Part shown: piece after piece, positions 39,444 through 49,573 of the stretch
Layout of the letters: the number at the start of each line of letters is the position of its first letter
Position numbering within the stretch: position 1 is the stretch's first letter
From: a virus
Lineage: Duplodnaviria; Caudoviricetes
Direction: 5' to 3' (one strand)
Virus record (IMG/VR): IMGVR_UViG_3300028008_001583
Location: 1-59,764 of that record
DNA: 59,764 nucleotides
Position numbers and translations under genes: made by a program
The notes under the pieces: model-generated
Database searches by the model: none
What the model was told of the DNA's origin: nothing
What the model saw: the letters and a program-made list of their open reading frames with translations, nothing else

Positions 39444-40856
39444 TTAGCCATTCAAATCTATTCTCCATGTTCCGACTGGATATTCACCGTCTATACTTAA
39501 TAACCATTCATTGTCTTTGTACCTGTACTGAATTCCGGTATTAAGATTTGTAACAAATGTTGTATTATTAGCTTCGCTAGCATCAAAAACAATAACCCAT
39601 TTAGTACCATTCCATGCAACTATGTCGTTTGCATTAGCTACTAAATTGCTGTTGTCTGCATTTTTCCATGCAGCACTGCCTTCTCCAGTAGGTGCATCGC
39701 CTATATTGTCTAGAAGTAATAGTCTAAGCCCTGTAACTTTAATATCAGTAGGATCAAAATTCAAAGGATTTATTATATAATCAACAGTAGTTTTGCCGTC
39801 AATTACAGTATCTGTTGGAAAAGTATCTACATCAAAGTTTATTTCAATCTTGCCCTCGTCAAAAGGATTCAAAACAAATGTTCCAGTAACTGTAACATTA
39901 CTATCTAAATTATTAAAATAGATTCTACTTACATCGGCGTTGTACACTCCTGGATGTGCTTCAAATATTTCACGCCACGATTTGGCACCTACCATACCAT
40001 TGTGTATTAATTGTGCGCAACTGCTTTCTAGATACACGCCATATTGTTTATAATTTACATTAGCCATCTGATCAGCAGACAGTGTTTTAGCAACACGGTC
40101 TGCATCATTTTCTGATGTTATGCCACTGACAAAATCTGTGTATTGATTATTTTGCGGTCTACTAACTCCATCTTCAATAGTGCCTCTAGTTTCGTCAAAC
40201 ATACTTGTAATAATATTTGTAATAACGCCCATCTTCTTAACTTTAGTTGGAGGACTAATGTATATTGGAATGCTAAAAGTAAGCGTAGCAATATCAATTT
40301 CACTGTCTACACCTACCGGAATACTTCTGTTAGACCATTGTACATTTTCTAAATTTACAACTGTAATACTTGTCCAGTCAATAAAATTATCTGTAGTCTG
40401 CATTTCTAAACTTGGATTGAATAATACTAATATTTGTTCTAGTATCTGTAATTTTTGATCTGTGTTTGAAGCCCATATATCTGCGTTTACTCGCATCATA
40501 TACGGTGTAGGTATCAGTCTTTCAACTGTGTAATTTTTTCCTTGATAGTTAAGATACTCGTTATTTTCTTCATCGTATGCTCGTTCTCTAATGTTAACAG
40601 AACGTGTATATGTTGCATCAGTGAGCCTATCTCTGTCTAATTCAAGACCAGTGAGATATACAGCAATGCGAGGAGCACTAGGTAATTTATTTTCACTATT
40701 TTCTCTAATAATATTTGCTACTTGGCGTGTTAGATCTCCGTAGGTAACCGGTACATCTTTGGTAGCACCTTTTCCGTCTTTTACAGGAAAGTTACTCAGT
40801 ATACGCATCATTTGCGTAGTGTATCTTCTTATTTGGCCATCGTAAAAATGCAGCAT
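39444..40856 (-). CDS. gp15: Tail completion/sheath stabiliser, T4 gp15-like, with C-terminal extension
   Basis: HFYDGQIRRY, VPVTYG, PRI, PTPY, LQILEQILVLFNP. Confidence 0.75.
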   Translation of the reverse strand: MLHFYDGQIRRYTTQMMRILSNFPVKDGKGATKDVPVTYGDLTRQVANIIRENSENKLPSAPRIAVYLTGLELDRDRLTDATYTRSVNIRERAYDEENNEYLNYQGKNYTVERLIPTPYMMRVNADIWASNTDQKLQILEQILVLFNPSLEMQTTDNFIDWTSITVVNLENVQWSNRSIPVGVDSEIDIATLTFSIPIYISPPTKVKKMGVITNIITSMFDETRGTIEDGVSRPQNNQYTDFVSGITSENDADRVAKTLSADQMANVNYKQYGVYLESSCAQLIHNGMVGAKSWREIFEAHPGVYNADVSRIYFNNLDSNVTVTGTFVLNPFDEGKIEINFDVDTFPTDTVIDGKTTVDYIINPLNFDPTDIKVTGLRLLLLDNIGDAPTGEGSAAWKNADNSNLVANANDIVAWNGTKWVIVFDASEANNTTFVTNLNTGIQYRYKDNEWLLSIDGEYPVGTWRIDLNG

Positions 40857-42019
40857 TAGTCGTTATCCGCCCTTGGTTTTAGAGCCTTACTTAAACTCTG
40901 TCTTTCTTGTACTTCTTCACCGTCAATTGTATTAGTTGCAGTATTATTAATAAAATCTGTTTTATATGTTCTGCGTTCTAGGGTATTACTCAATTCCATT
41001 CTAATATCATCACTTACTTTAACCCAACGAATTCCGTCATACTTAAACATTCTATTCGGTAAAAAGTCAGTACGTAAAAAGTAATCACCATTTTGATTAT
41101 CTAACGGAAATCCTATACCAAATCCAAATGGCGCTCCGTTTGGTGTATCCCCGCCTGAACCAACAAGATAACCTGTATAACCAGATCTGTCAGGTCTGTC
41201 GGCTATCTCATCAGTAGTAGTATTGATCCCACTAGCATCTAATTCAGTTTGATCTGCTGTCTGTAAAGCTATGCTACCATCGTCATTAGTAGCAACAGTA
41301 TAATAATGGCTTATGTCAAACCCACTCTTAGGTGAATCTGCTTCTGCCTGTGCAACTACAGCATTATTAATCTGCATTTCTTTTTCATACGTAGACAGTA
41401 CATCTCTTAATGTGTTATCGCTACCTTCTTCAGCAGGCAGATCAAGAATTTCTGCATATTCTTGACCATCGTAAATCTGTTTTAGCTTTAATCTATATAA
41501 GTGCGGATACCAAGTTTGTGAAAATCCTTCACTTGAACGATTAACATCTTCAACTACGTAAAAGCGTTTGAGTGCAACACTGTAATCATTAAGAGCATAT
41601 TCGTCTTTCAAATGTGGCAATTCAATCACATCACCTGACATAATTTTTCTACCAAGCGTCTTTACACTGCTGTTAATATGTATAGTCATAAACAGTGTAT
41701 CATTGCTTAAAAATAAACCAAACTGACTAAGATCAAAATCTATATCTTGTACGTTATATATTGCTCGCATATTATAAACATCAGGATCGTACTTTCTGTC
41801 TCTGTTTTCTAAAAATAAAAGATCTTGAATGTTTGTTTCTTTTACAGCATCGTATTCGGGCTGTGTAGCACTTCGATCTTCATCTAAAGGATTCTGAGGA
41901 CCAATATATTTGTGTATATTGATATCTGTTCCGCCAACAGTAAACATTTCTTGGATTTGTTTGTCCAAAAAATGATAGTCATTGCCGCGTTCTGGTTTAT
42001 ATAATGATAGTCTTGGCAT
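40856..42019 (-). CDS. gp14: Neck/head completion protein, T4 gp14-like (start corrected to ATG 42019)
   Basis: DLLFLE, LSQFGLF..D..F, GDVIELP, YVVEDV, LYRLK; adjacent to gp13 and gp15. Confidence 0.65.
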   Translation of the reverse strand: MPRLSLYKPERGNDYHFLDKQIQEMFTVGGTDINIHKYIGPQNPLDEDRSATQPEYDAVKETNIQDLLFLENRDRKYDPDVYNMRAIYNVQDIDFDLSQFGLFLSNDTLFMTIHINSSVKTLGRKIMSGDVIELPHLKDEYALNDYSVALKRFYVVEDVNRSSEGFSQTWYPHLYRLKLKQIYDGQEYAEILDLPAEEGSDNTLRDVLSTYEKEMQINNAVVAQAEADSPKSGFDISHYYTVATNDDGSIALQTADQTELDASGINTTTDEIADRPDRSGYTGYLVGSGGDTPNGAPFGFGIGFPLDNQNGDYFLRTDFLPNRMFKYDGIRWVKVSDDIRMELSNTLERRTYKTDFINNTATNTIDGEEVQERQSLSKALKPRADND

Positions 42020-42024
42020 ATACA

Positions 42025-42046
42025 TATTTATCGCCAACGATAAATA
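42025..42046. promoter_or_regulatory. Palindromic divergent late promoter pair
   Basis: TATTTATCG-ccaa-CGATAAATA between gp14 and gp13. Confidence 0.8.
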
Positions 42047-42063
42047 CTATACGGAGAAACCAT

Positions 42064-42822
42064 ATGGCAGATTTAGCAACACAAAAACAAGAAATATTTG
42101 ATTACGTTAATACGTTCCTTGGTGGAGGAATGGTCGACGTTGAACTTGATCCGATACATTATCAAACTGCACTAACCAAAGCACTAACCCGTTTTAGACA
42201 ACGTAGTGATGCAAGTGTTGAAGAATCATATATGTTTCTTACTACAGTTGTTGACCAAAACGATTATATTTTGCCAAATGAAGTTATGGAAGTGCGTAAA
42301 TTATTTCGTAGAAGCATAGGTTCTAGAACCGGCGGCGGCGATGGCGGCAGTTTATTTGAACCATTTAATTTAGCATACACAAATACCTATTTGCTATCTA
42401 GTAGTAAAATGGGAGGATTGGCTACATATGATTTGTTCTCCCAACACCAAGAACTTGTAGGTAGAATGTTTGGTTCGTTTATAGAATTTAAATGGAGCAA
42501 TACGAGCAAAAAACTTACTCTTTTACAGCGTCCTAGAGCAGAAGAAGAACTATTACTTTATTGCTATAATTATCGTCCTGACTCAGAACTGTTAAATGAT
42601 TATCTAGCTGTGCAATGGATCAAAGACTATACCCTCGCTAGCTGTAAATATATGCTAGGCGAAGCAAGAAGTAAGTTTGCTACTATCGCAGGACCACAAG
42701 GCGGCTCCACACTAAACGGTGATACATTAAAAGCAGAAGCTCAACAAGAAATGGACAAGTTAGAATTAGAAGTAGCTATGGCAGTACCAGGCGGCACAGG
42801 CTACGGCTTCTTAATTGGTTAA
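42064..42822 (+). CDS. gp13: Neck protein, T4 gp13-like (start corrected to ATG 42064)
   Basis: LGGGMVDVELD, WIKDYTLA..K..LGE.RSKF..I.GP.GG.TLNG, GFLIG. Confidence 0.85.
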   Translation: MADLATQKQEIFDYVNTFLGGGMVDVELDPIHYQTALTKALTRFRQRSDASVEESYMFLTTVVDQNDYILPNEVMEVRKLFRRSIGSRTGGGDGGSLFEPFNLAYTNTYLLSSSKMGGLATYDLFSQHQELVGRMFGSFIEFKWSNTSKKLTLLQRPRAEEELLLYCYNYRPDSELLNDYLAVQWIKDYTLASCKYMLGEARSKFATIAGPQGGSTLNGDTLKAEAQQEMDKLELEVAMAVPGGTGYGFLIG

Positions 42823-42829
42823 AAACTTC

Positions 42830-42858
42830 TTGACATTTAGTATTAATTAAGTTATACT
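42830..42858 (+). promoter_or_regulatory. Sigma70-type promoter
   Basis: TTGACA, 17 bp spacer, TATACT. Confidence 0.8.
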
Positions 42859-42883
42859 GTACGTATACTTTAAGGAGATGCTT

Positions 42884-43444
42884 GTGTTACCTAAATTATT
42901 AGTTGTTGGTCACGGCCGTCATGGCAAAGATACTGTGTGTGAAGTACTAGAAGATTACGGATATACCTTTCAGTCTAGTTCTAAATTTTGTTCAGAACTT
43001 TTTATCTTTAATGATTTAAAAGACAAGTACAAATATAAAGACGAAGAAGACTGTTTTGAAGATCGGCACAATCATCGTACTGAATGGTACGATATGATTC
43101 ATAACTATTGCAAAGATGATCTAGCACGCCTTGGTCGCAATTTGTTTGCAGAACATGATATCTACTGTGGTCTACGTAACAAGCGTGAATTCTTTGCAAT
43201 GCAAAATGAACAAATCTTTGACTACGCTATTTGGGTAGACCGCACAGATCATTTGCCTTTAGAAAGCAAAACTAGTATGAGCATAGAACAATGGATGTGC
43301 GATTATACTATTGATAATAATGGCGACTTAGCAAGACTAAAACTAAATGTTGATATTCTTATGCGTACTATCTTTAGAAGTCTGGGCGTAAGTCTCCCTG
43401 TTTCCACCGCACTCCGGTTTTCTGAAGGATACGCTGGCAGTTAG
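42884..43444 (+). CDS. Deoxynucleoside monophosphate kinase-like (T4 gp1 type); start GTG 42884 or ATG 42878
   Basis: N-terminal P-loop VGHGRHGKDT; DYTIDNNG. Confidence 0.7.
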   Translation: MLPKLLVVGHGRHGKDTVCEVLEDYGYTFQSSSKFCSELFIFNDLKDKYKYKDEEDCFEDRHNHRTEWYDMIHNYCKDDLARLGRNLFAEHDIYCGLRNKREFFAMQNEQIFDYAIWVDRTDHLPLESKTSMSIEQWMCDYTIDNNGDLARLKLNVDILMRTIFRSLGVSLPVSTALRFSEGYAGS

Positions 43445-43709
43445 CACATACTGTTTTTAAGTTGCTAGGTCGACAATTACTCAAGTCTCCGTCAATATGA
43501 AATACATTAAATTGCTCTTCGTGATTTGATTTAAACCCGCACTTCTCGCACTCATCTTTTTTTACGTAACCTCGTTGCCTCCACAAAGGATTATCATAAT
43601 TTAATCCGTGCTTCAAACATCTTTCACAAAGCTTTCTATAATAAGTTTTGCCATCTTTTTTATAATTTATAGCCGCTGGACGTTGCTTACATTGACATAA
43701 AGGTCTCAT
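43374..43709 (-). CDS. Zn-finger/HNH-like protein
   Basis: CQC...CERC; CEKCG...HIDGD..N...NL..VCANC. Confidence 0.75.
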   Translation of the reverse strand: MRPLCQCKQRPAAINYKKDGKTYYRKLCERCLKHGLNYDNPLWRQRGYVKKDECEKCGFKSNHEEQFNVFHIDGDLSNCRPSNLKTVCANCQRILQKTGVRWKQGDLRPDF

Positions 43710-43778
43710 ATTGTATTTACCTCACCTTTTCTATCCCTTTTTTTAGCTTATTATCGGGTAGATTTCTGCTCATCTTAA

Positions 43779-43784
43779 TAAATA
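43779..43784 (+). promoter_or_regulatory. T4-type late promoter for sheath gene
   Basis: aaTAAATActata, then SD AGGAG. Confidence 0.75.
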
Positions 43785-43819
43785 CTATAGCGAAAACACT
43801 ATCCAACAGGAGATTAAAA

Positions 43820-46800
43820 ATGGCATTAGTATCACCAGGCGTAGAAGTCAATGTAATTGATGAATCATTCTACACACCAGGAGCGGCAGCAACTGTTCCA
43901 ATGATCTTTGTTGCTACAGCATCTAATAAAACAAGAGCATCAGGAAACGGCCTTGCACAGGGCACAACAGCAGCAAACGCAGGCAAAGCTTATTTAATAA
44001 CAAGTCAAAGAGAACTTGGAGATTTATTTGGCGATGCACTATTTGAATCAGACAATAATGGTAACATGATTCACGGCGGAGAGTTAAACGAATATGGACT
44101 CAACACAGCTTACTCATTACTTGGAGTGACAAACCGTGCTTATGTTGTAAGAGCAGATGTTGATCTTGCAGAACTTTCACCAACATCAGTAGCACCAGGC
44201 GGCGAGCCTTTAGACGGCGCACATTGGTTTGATACTACTAATACATCACTAGGCATTTTAGAATGGAATGCAGCACCAATTACTACAACAGGCGGACAAT
44301 CATTTAGTACTGCTGTTGTAAGAGTTCTTACAGAAGGCACAGAAGTAACTGGCAGCGGACCGAGAGGCTCGATAGGTTCAATTGGTGAATATGCTTTAGA
44401 TGCTACTGTTAATACTAATGATTTATACTACAAAAGTAATGGTAGATCACTTAATACTACTTCAGGTGAATGGGTTAAAGTTGGTAGTGCAAAATGGAAA
44501 GCAAGTTGGCCTACAGTGTCAGCTGCAACTAAAAATCCTTCAATGACAAACAGTGACACACTTACACTTAATGGTGAAACTATAACAGTGGGCGGCACAG
44601 GACTTGTAGCCGACTTAGTAGCTGCTATTAATGGTACTAGTGCATTAACAAACGCAGGCGTTAGTGCTTACAATAACAACGGCATACTAGAAATTTATTC
44701 AACAGGTGCAAATATAGTACTAGCAGACGGCACCGGTACTCCGTTAGCTGCGGCAGGAATTGCAGACGGTACTAGTGTTGCACCACAAGTGGCTATTGCA
44801 CCACATACAAGCGTACCTGAATATAAGTCAAGTGATACAACTCCTGCACCAACAGGTAGTTTGTGGATTAAGACTACAGTACCAAACGGTGGCGCAAACT
44901 GGAGAGTAAAGCAGTACAGCACAGATACACAGCTTTGGAGCAACGTTTCTGCTCCGATTTATACAAGCAACGAATCTGCACTATTTGCACTAGACAAAAC
45001 AGGCGGCGGCACAAATTTATTAGTTGGCGACATTTATATAAATGCAAACAAAGAAGAAATTTCACCAGCTGTTATTGATTTTCAAATTCAGCAAAAGTTT
45101 AGAGCAGGCGCAACGCAAGTAGTATCTGATACAATTAGTACAATTTCTGCAGGTGATTATAGCTTTGATTTAGGCGAAACTATTGTTAATAGTGCTACAC
45201 TTACAAATAAAACTGTAGGTCCGATTACTTTACTTGGCGACGAAGATGACGCAGAATTAATAGCTACTGCGATTAATAGTACAGCATTTACAAATGTAAT
45301 TGCATATGTTAACGCAACAAATAAAGTAGTTATAGAACACAAACTAGGTGGCGACATACGCATAGATGATACAGATGGGTTGTTTGCAGCTATGGGAATG
45401 GCAGGTTTGAACGCAGCTGGATCAAATTCAGCTACAGCAACACCTGGACTTTTTGTTGCACCAACTGGCGATTCAAAGTATGGATTAGTAGCTTCAAACT
45501 GGAAGCCATTAACTTATACAGCATCTGAAAATGAGCCATTAGCACTTACACAAGACGGCCAACGCTGGTACAATTCAACAATCGATGAAGTTGATATCAT
45601 GATACACAATGGCACTACATGGGTTGGTTATCAAAATTACAATGGAGATTATGCTAATACAAACCCAGCAGGTCCAATTGTAAGCGCATCAGCACCAAAA
45701 GCCGCAGACGGACAGTCAGACGCATCTCCATTAGTTGATGGAGATCTTTGGATTAGTACAGCAGATTTAGAAAACTTTCCACTAGTATATCGTTGGAATG
45801 GCACTTCTGAAGAATGGGTATTGATTGATAAAACAGATCAAACTACAGAAAACGGTATAGTATTTGGCGATGCACGTTGGTCACTCACTGGCGGCGCAAC
45901 TGATGGACCGTTTGTTGGCGCAGATATTGACGAGTTACTAACTAATGATTTCTTAGATCCAGATGCTCCAGATCCTGCACTATATCCAAAAGGTATGTTG
46001 CTTTGGAACACACGTAGAAGTGGATTTAATGTTAAGCGTTTTGTACGTAACTACGTCGATGTAGCAGGTGCCAACGGACGTTTCTTAGTAGACGATCCGC
46101 AAAGTGTAGATCCAGCAGACGTAATTGACGAGCCAATGGCTAGTTACTATCCACACAGATGGGTAACAGATTCAGGTAATAACGAAGATGGATCAGGTAC
46201 ATTTGGACGTTTTGCACAGCGCAAGAGTGTTGTACAAGCATTACAATCTTTAGTTAATAGCAATCAAGATATACGTGACGAAGAGTCACGTCAGTATAAC
46301 TTAATTGCAGCTCCGGGTTATCCAGAATTAATTGGTGAAATGATTACATTGAACGTAGATCGTAGATTGACTGCGTTTGTTGTAGGCGACACACCAATGC
46401 GCTTAACACCAGATGCTACTTCATTGAATGAATGGGCAAATAATGTTAGAGGTGCACTTGAAGATAATGATAATGGTGCAGTGTCTAAAGACGAGTATCT
46501 AGGCATGTATTACCCAAGTGGCTTTACAAGTGATAACTTTGGAAATAACATTGTAGTTCCAGCTTCACACATGGCACTACGTACACTTGTACTAAACGAC
46601 CAAGTTGCGTTCCCCTGGTTTGCTCCAGCAGGTACAAGACGCGGTGGCGTAAGCAACGCAACAAGTTCAGGTTATATTAGTAGCGAAGGCGAATTTGTTG
46701 GCGTTTCACTTAACACTGGTCAACGTGATACACTATACAGCAATCAAATAAATCCAATTACGTTTATTAATGGTGCTGGCTTAGTTGTATTTGGTCAGAA

Positions 46801-47149
46801 GACTCGTGCAAGAAATGCAAGTGCATTAGACAGAGTAAACGTAGCACGTTTAACTGTGTACTTACGTGGACAGCTTGAGTTACTTGCAAGACCTTACTTG
46901 TTTGAACCTAATGACAAAGTAACAAGAGATCAAATTAAATCAGCTGCTGATCAACTACTATTAGAACTTGTAGGATTAAGAGCTGTATATGACTTCTTGG
47001 TAGTGTGTGATGAAACAAACAATACACCAGCAAGAGTTGATAGAAACGAACTTTACTTAGACGTAGCTATTGAACCGGTTAAGGCGATTGAATTTATTTA
47101 CATTCCGCTAAGACTTAAGAACACTGGAGAAATTTCGGCACTAGGTTAA
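43820..47149 (+). CDS. gp18: Tail sheath protein
   Basis: MALVSPGVEV, FPWFAPAGTRRG, RDTLY...INPI, GQKT, ALDRVNVARL, LFEPND..TR, CDETNNTP, IEFIYI. Confidence 0.95.
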   Translation: MALVSPGVEVNVIDESFYTPGAAATVPMIFVATASNKTRASGNGLAQGTTAANAGKAYLITSQRELGDLFGDALFESDNNGNMIHGGELNEYGLNTAYSLLGVTNRAYVVRADVDLAELSPTSVAPGGEPLDGAHWFDTTNTSLGILEWNAAPITTTGGQSFSTAVVRVLTEGTEVTGSGPRGSIGSIGEYALDATVNTNDLYYKSNGRSLNTTSGEWVKVGSAKWKASWPTVSAATKNPSMTNSDTLTLNGETITVGGTGLVADLVAAINGTSALTNAGVSAYNNNGILEIYSTGANIVLADGTGTPLAAAGIADGTSVAPQVAIAPHTSVPEYKSSDTTPAPTGSLWIKTTVPNGGANWRVKQYSTDTQLWSNVSAPIYTSNESALFALDKTGGGTNLLVGDIYINANKEEISPAVIDFQIQQKFRAGATQVVSDTISTISAGDYSFDLGETIVNSATLTNKTVGPITLLGDEDDAELIATAINSTAFTNVIAYVNATNKVVIEHKLGGDIRIDDTDGLFAAMGMAGLNAAGSNSATATPGLFVAPTGDSKYGLVASNWKPLTYTASENEPLALTQDGQRWYNSTIDEVDIMIHNGTTWVGYQNYNGDYANTNPAGPIVSASAPKAADGQSDASPLVDGDLWISTADLENFPLVYRWNGTSEEWVLIDKTDQTTENGIVFGDARWSLTGGATDGPFVGADIDELLTNDFLDPDAPDPALYPKGMLLWNTRRSGFNVKRFVRNYVDVAGANGRFLVDDPQSVDPADVIDEPMASYYPHRWVTDSGNNEDGSGTFGRFAQRKSVVQALQSLVNSNQDIRDEESRQYNLIAAPGYPELIGEMITLNVDRRLTAFVVGDTPMRLTPDATSLNEWANNVRGALEDNDNGAVSKDEYLGMYYPSGFTSDNFGNNIVVPASHMALRTLVLNDQVAFPWFAPAGTRRGGVSNATSSGYISSEGEFVGVSLNTGQRDTLYSNQINPITFINGAGLVVFGQKTRARNASALDRVNVARLTVYLRGQLELLARPYLFEPNDKVTRDQIKSAADQLLLELVGLRAVYDFLVVCDETNNTPARVDRNELYLDVAIEPVKAIEFIYIPLRLKNTGEISALG

Positions 47150-47163
47150 TATGCGTACTTAAT

Positions 47164-47190
47164 GGATGGGGAAAATTCCCCATCCTATTA
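47164..47190 (+). terminator. Stem-loop (terminator or processing site)
   Basis: GGATGGGGA-aaat-TCCCCATCC; weak U tail. Confidence 0.6.
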
Positions 47191-47194
47191 TGCA

Positions 47195-47200
47195 TAAATA
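47195..47200 (+). promoter_or_regulatory. T4-type late promoter for tube gene
   Basis: gcaTAAATActatt. Confidence 0.75.
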
Positions 47201-47221
47201 CTATTGTAACAGGAGACAAGA

Positions 47222-47869
47222 ATGCCAATTACAACATTAACAAATATTTCAATCCCAACAGAAGATGGGGGCGGCAGCAATAGTTCATTGCTAATGCCAA
47301 AACTTCAATATCGTTTTAGAGTGATGTTTGAAAACTTTGGAACAACAGGCGGACCAGATGGTATCCGTGAAATCACAAGACAAGTAGTAGACGTAACTCG
47401 TCCTAATTTGACTTTTGAACAAATGACCCTAGATGCTTATAACTCAAGAACATATCTTGCAGGTAAGCATAATTGGGAGCCAATTACATTGACACTACGT
47501 GAAGATGCAAACAACAACGTACAAAAAATTGTTGGTCAGCAACTTCAAAGACAGTTTGACTTTTTTGAACAGTCTAGTGCAGTATCAGGTGGTTCTTATA
47601 AGTTTATTACTAAAATAGAAATACTAGACGGCGGCAACGGCGCAAATGGTTCTAACATTATTGATAGATTCCAACTAGTAGGTTGTTACTTAGAATCAGC
47701 AAACTACAACACACTAGCATATGCAACAAGTGACGCAGTTACAGTTTCTTTAAGTATACGCTATGATAATGCTATCCAATTTGGTAGTGAAGAACAGTTT
47801 AGCGGAGTTGGCGAAGCTATTACACGAGCTGCTCAAGACTCTGTCAGCGGCACACAAGCTACTGGCTAA
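47222..47869 (+). CDS. gp19: Tail tube protein
   Basis: PKLQYRFRV, LAGKHNWEPITLTLR, LSIRYDNA; follows sheath. Confidence 0.85.
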   Translation: MPITTLTNISIPTEDGGGSNSSLLMPKLQYRFRVMFENFGTTGGPDGIREITRQVVDVTRPNLTFEQMTLDAYNSRTYLAGKHNWEPITLTLREDANNNVQKIVGQQLQRQFDFFEQSSAVSGGSYKFITKIEILDGGNGANGSNIIDRFQLVGCYLESANYNTLAYATSDAVTVSLSIRYDNAIQFGSEEQFSGVGEAITRAAQDSVSGTQATG

Positions 47870-47901
47870 TAGTACTAAACAGGTATTCTTGTTTAATTAA
47901 G

Positions 47902-47934
47902 AAAGTAGGGATCTTTACAGGTTCCTACTTTTTT
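47902..47934 (+). terminator. Intrinsic terminator
   Basis: AAAGTAGGGATCT-ttac-AGGTTCCTACTTT followed by TTT. Confidence 0.85.
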
Positions 47935-47971
47935 ATTATGTACGCACAAATTTTTTAAGATAAATATACTT

Positions 47972-49207
47972 ATGAGTTGGTGGAATAGTTTTATAATACC
48001 TAGAGATGTTAACACGCATTTGCGTGACGCTCGGCATGCACATAATCTTTTTACACAATATGGTCATATATTTTCACCAAAGGTAAAATTTTTATATCAT
48101 GTTGTTTTTGAACCTGCGTTAGATAATCAAAAACCCAATACTAGACAATTTAATAAGCAAATAGGTGTGCTTGTAAAAAGTGCCGACTTGCCTGGATTTA
48201 GAGCAAGTATTGAGAATAAACAACAATATAATCGAAAAAAGAATCTGCAAACAAGAATAGATTATGAAGATTTAAGAATTGTTCTGCATGATGATAATCT
48301 AGGTGCTACAAGATCGATGCTTGAAGAATACTACAGATTTTATTTTCAAGACGGTAATCATAAATTAAACAATTCACGAGGAACTCCAGACGGGAGTTTC
48401 GGAGCACGAGACAAGTACAATAGCTCAACGCCGAACTACGGTATGAATAGCTATCGTAACGGACCATTTTTTGCTAATATTAGAATATATCAATTGAGTT
48501 TACAAAATTGGTTTAGTTATACACTTATTAACCCTTTATTAAGCGGATGGGACCATGGCGGCGTTGACAGTAGCGATGGCGCTACGCCTAATGAAAATTC
48601 AATTACAGTAGCACATGAAGGTGTGTTATACGATAATGGAATTATTGGAGAAGACGGAGAACCTAAACACTTCACCGATCCTGAAACTGGATATGATAAT
48701 ACACTAAGTCCATTATCTAGTGAAGTAAATGACAAATCAAAAGATTATGTGTTACCATCGTTATTTGATCTTGTAGAAGATATTTTTGATATTAGTTTGC
48801 CATTTGGATCTAATAATCCAGGATCTACTCTCGCTGGAAATATAGCAACATCAGTATTTAGATCAGCAGCAAGAGTTCCAGCAACTTCTAATTCAATTCT
48901 GGGATACTCTATTCCTGTTAATGATATTAATATAAATAGAAAAGCCGACATTGTACTCAAAAGTCCTAAGTATAGCGGTGATCCTGAAACTATATATAAT
49001 CAATTGTTAGATGATCCGATAGCATATAATACTTTTTTAGCAAGAGCAATCAATAACAAATATATAGAAGGCGTAACGTGGAATGATTATTTGCTATTAA
49101 GTCCTGAAGCAAAATCTAGGATCCTTACTGATATAAGGAATCGTGTATTAGCAGGAGATTATAAGCTATTTACTTTCATGGTACAGTCATTGGAAGGAAG
49201 ATTATGA
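47972..49207 (+). CDS. Tube-fold baseplate/tail tube initiator-like protein (gp54/gp48 type)
   Basis: VKSADLP...Y..LRIVLHDD...Y.LINP tube-like pattern; follows tube gene. Confidence 0.55.
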   Translation: MSWWNSFIIPRDVNTHLRDARHAHNLFTQYGHIFSPKVKFLYHVVFEPALDNQKPNTRQFNKQIGVLVKSADLPGFRASIENKQQYNRKKNLQTRIDYEDLRIVLHDDNLGATRSMLEEYYRFYFQDGNHKLNNSRGTPDGSFGARDKYNSSTPNYGMNSYRNGPFFANIRIYQLSLQNWFSYTLINPLLSGWDHGGVDSSDGATPNENSITVAHEGVLYDNGIIGEDGEPKHFTDPETGYDNTLSPLSSEVNDKSKDYVLPSLFDLVEDIFDISLPFGSNNPGSTLAGNIATSVFRSAARVPATSNSILGYSIPVNDININRKADIVLKSPKYSGDPETIYNQLLDDPIAYNTFLARAINNKYIEGVTWNDYLLLSPEAKSRILTDIRNRVLAGDYKLFTFMVQSLEGRL

Positions 49208-49563
49208 AATCAGATTATCAAGAAAAATTAACAATTGACGATACACAAAAAATATTCAATAACTATTTTAAAAATGATATTGGCTATAATGCAAGTGAAG
49301 TAAATGCTGTAATAGGTTATTTTCTAAAAAGAGGGTTTGATACAATAGCAGCAACAAACACAGCAGCAATTTTTTTACAACAAGCGCGAATAGATAAAAT
49401 ACCTGTATTTAAATTAATAGATACATTAAAAGGTTTAAACGATATAGAAATAGATAATGTTATATCACAAATATTAAATCTATACAGATCAAAAACTTCT
49501 TCTATAGGATTTAAAAAAAATACAATTTTGTCACTAGTTGAACAAAGAAATATTATTATATAA
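49204..49563 (+). CDS. Hypothetical protein
   Basis: ORF with 4-bp overlap with the upstream gene. Confidence 0.6.
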   Translation: MKSDYQEKLTIDDTQKIFNNYFKNDIGYNASEVNAVIGYFLKRGFDTIAATNTAAIFLQQARIDKIPVFKLIDTLKGLNDIEIDNVISQILNLYRSKTSSIGFKKNTILSLVEQRNIII

Positions 49564-49573
49564 AGGCAATATC

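Noticed and set aside
43374-43709. Mobile homing endonuclease
   Set aside because: Short, the last His of the HNH motif is replaced by Gln, and there is no intron context; kept only as HNH-like
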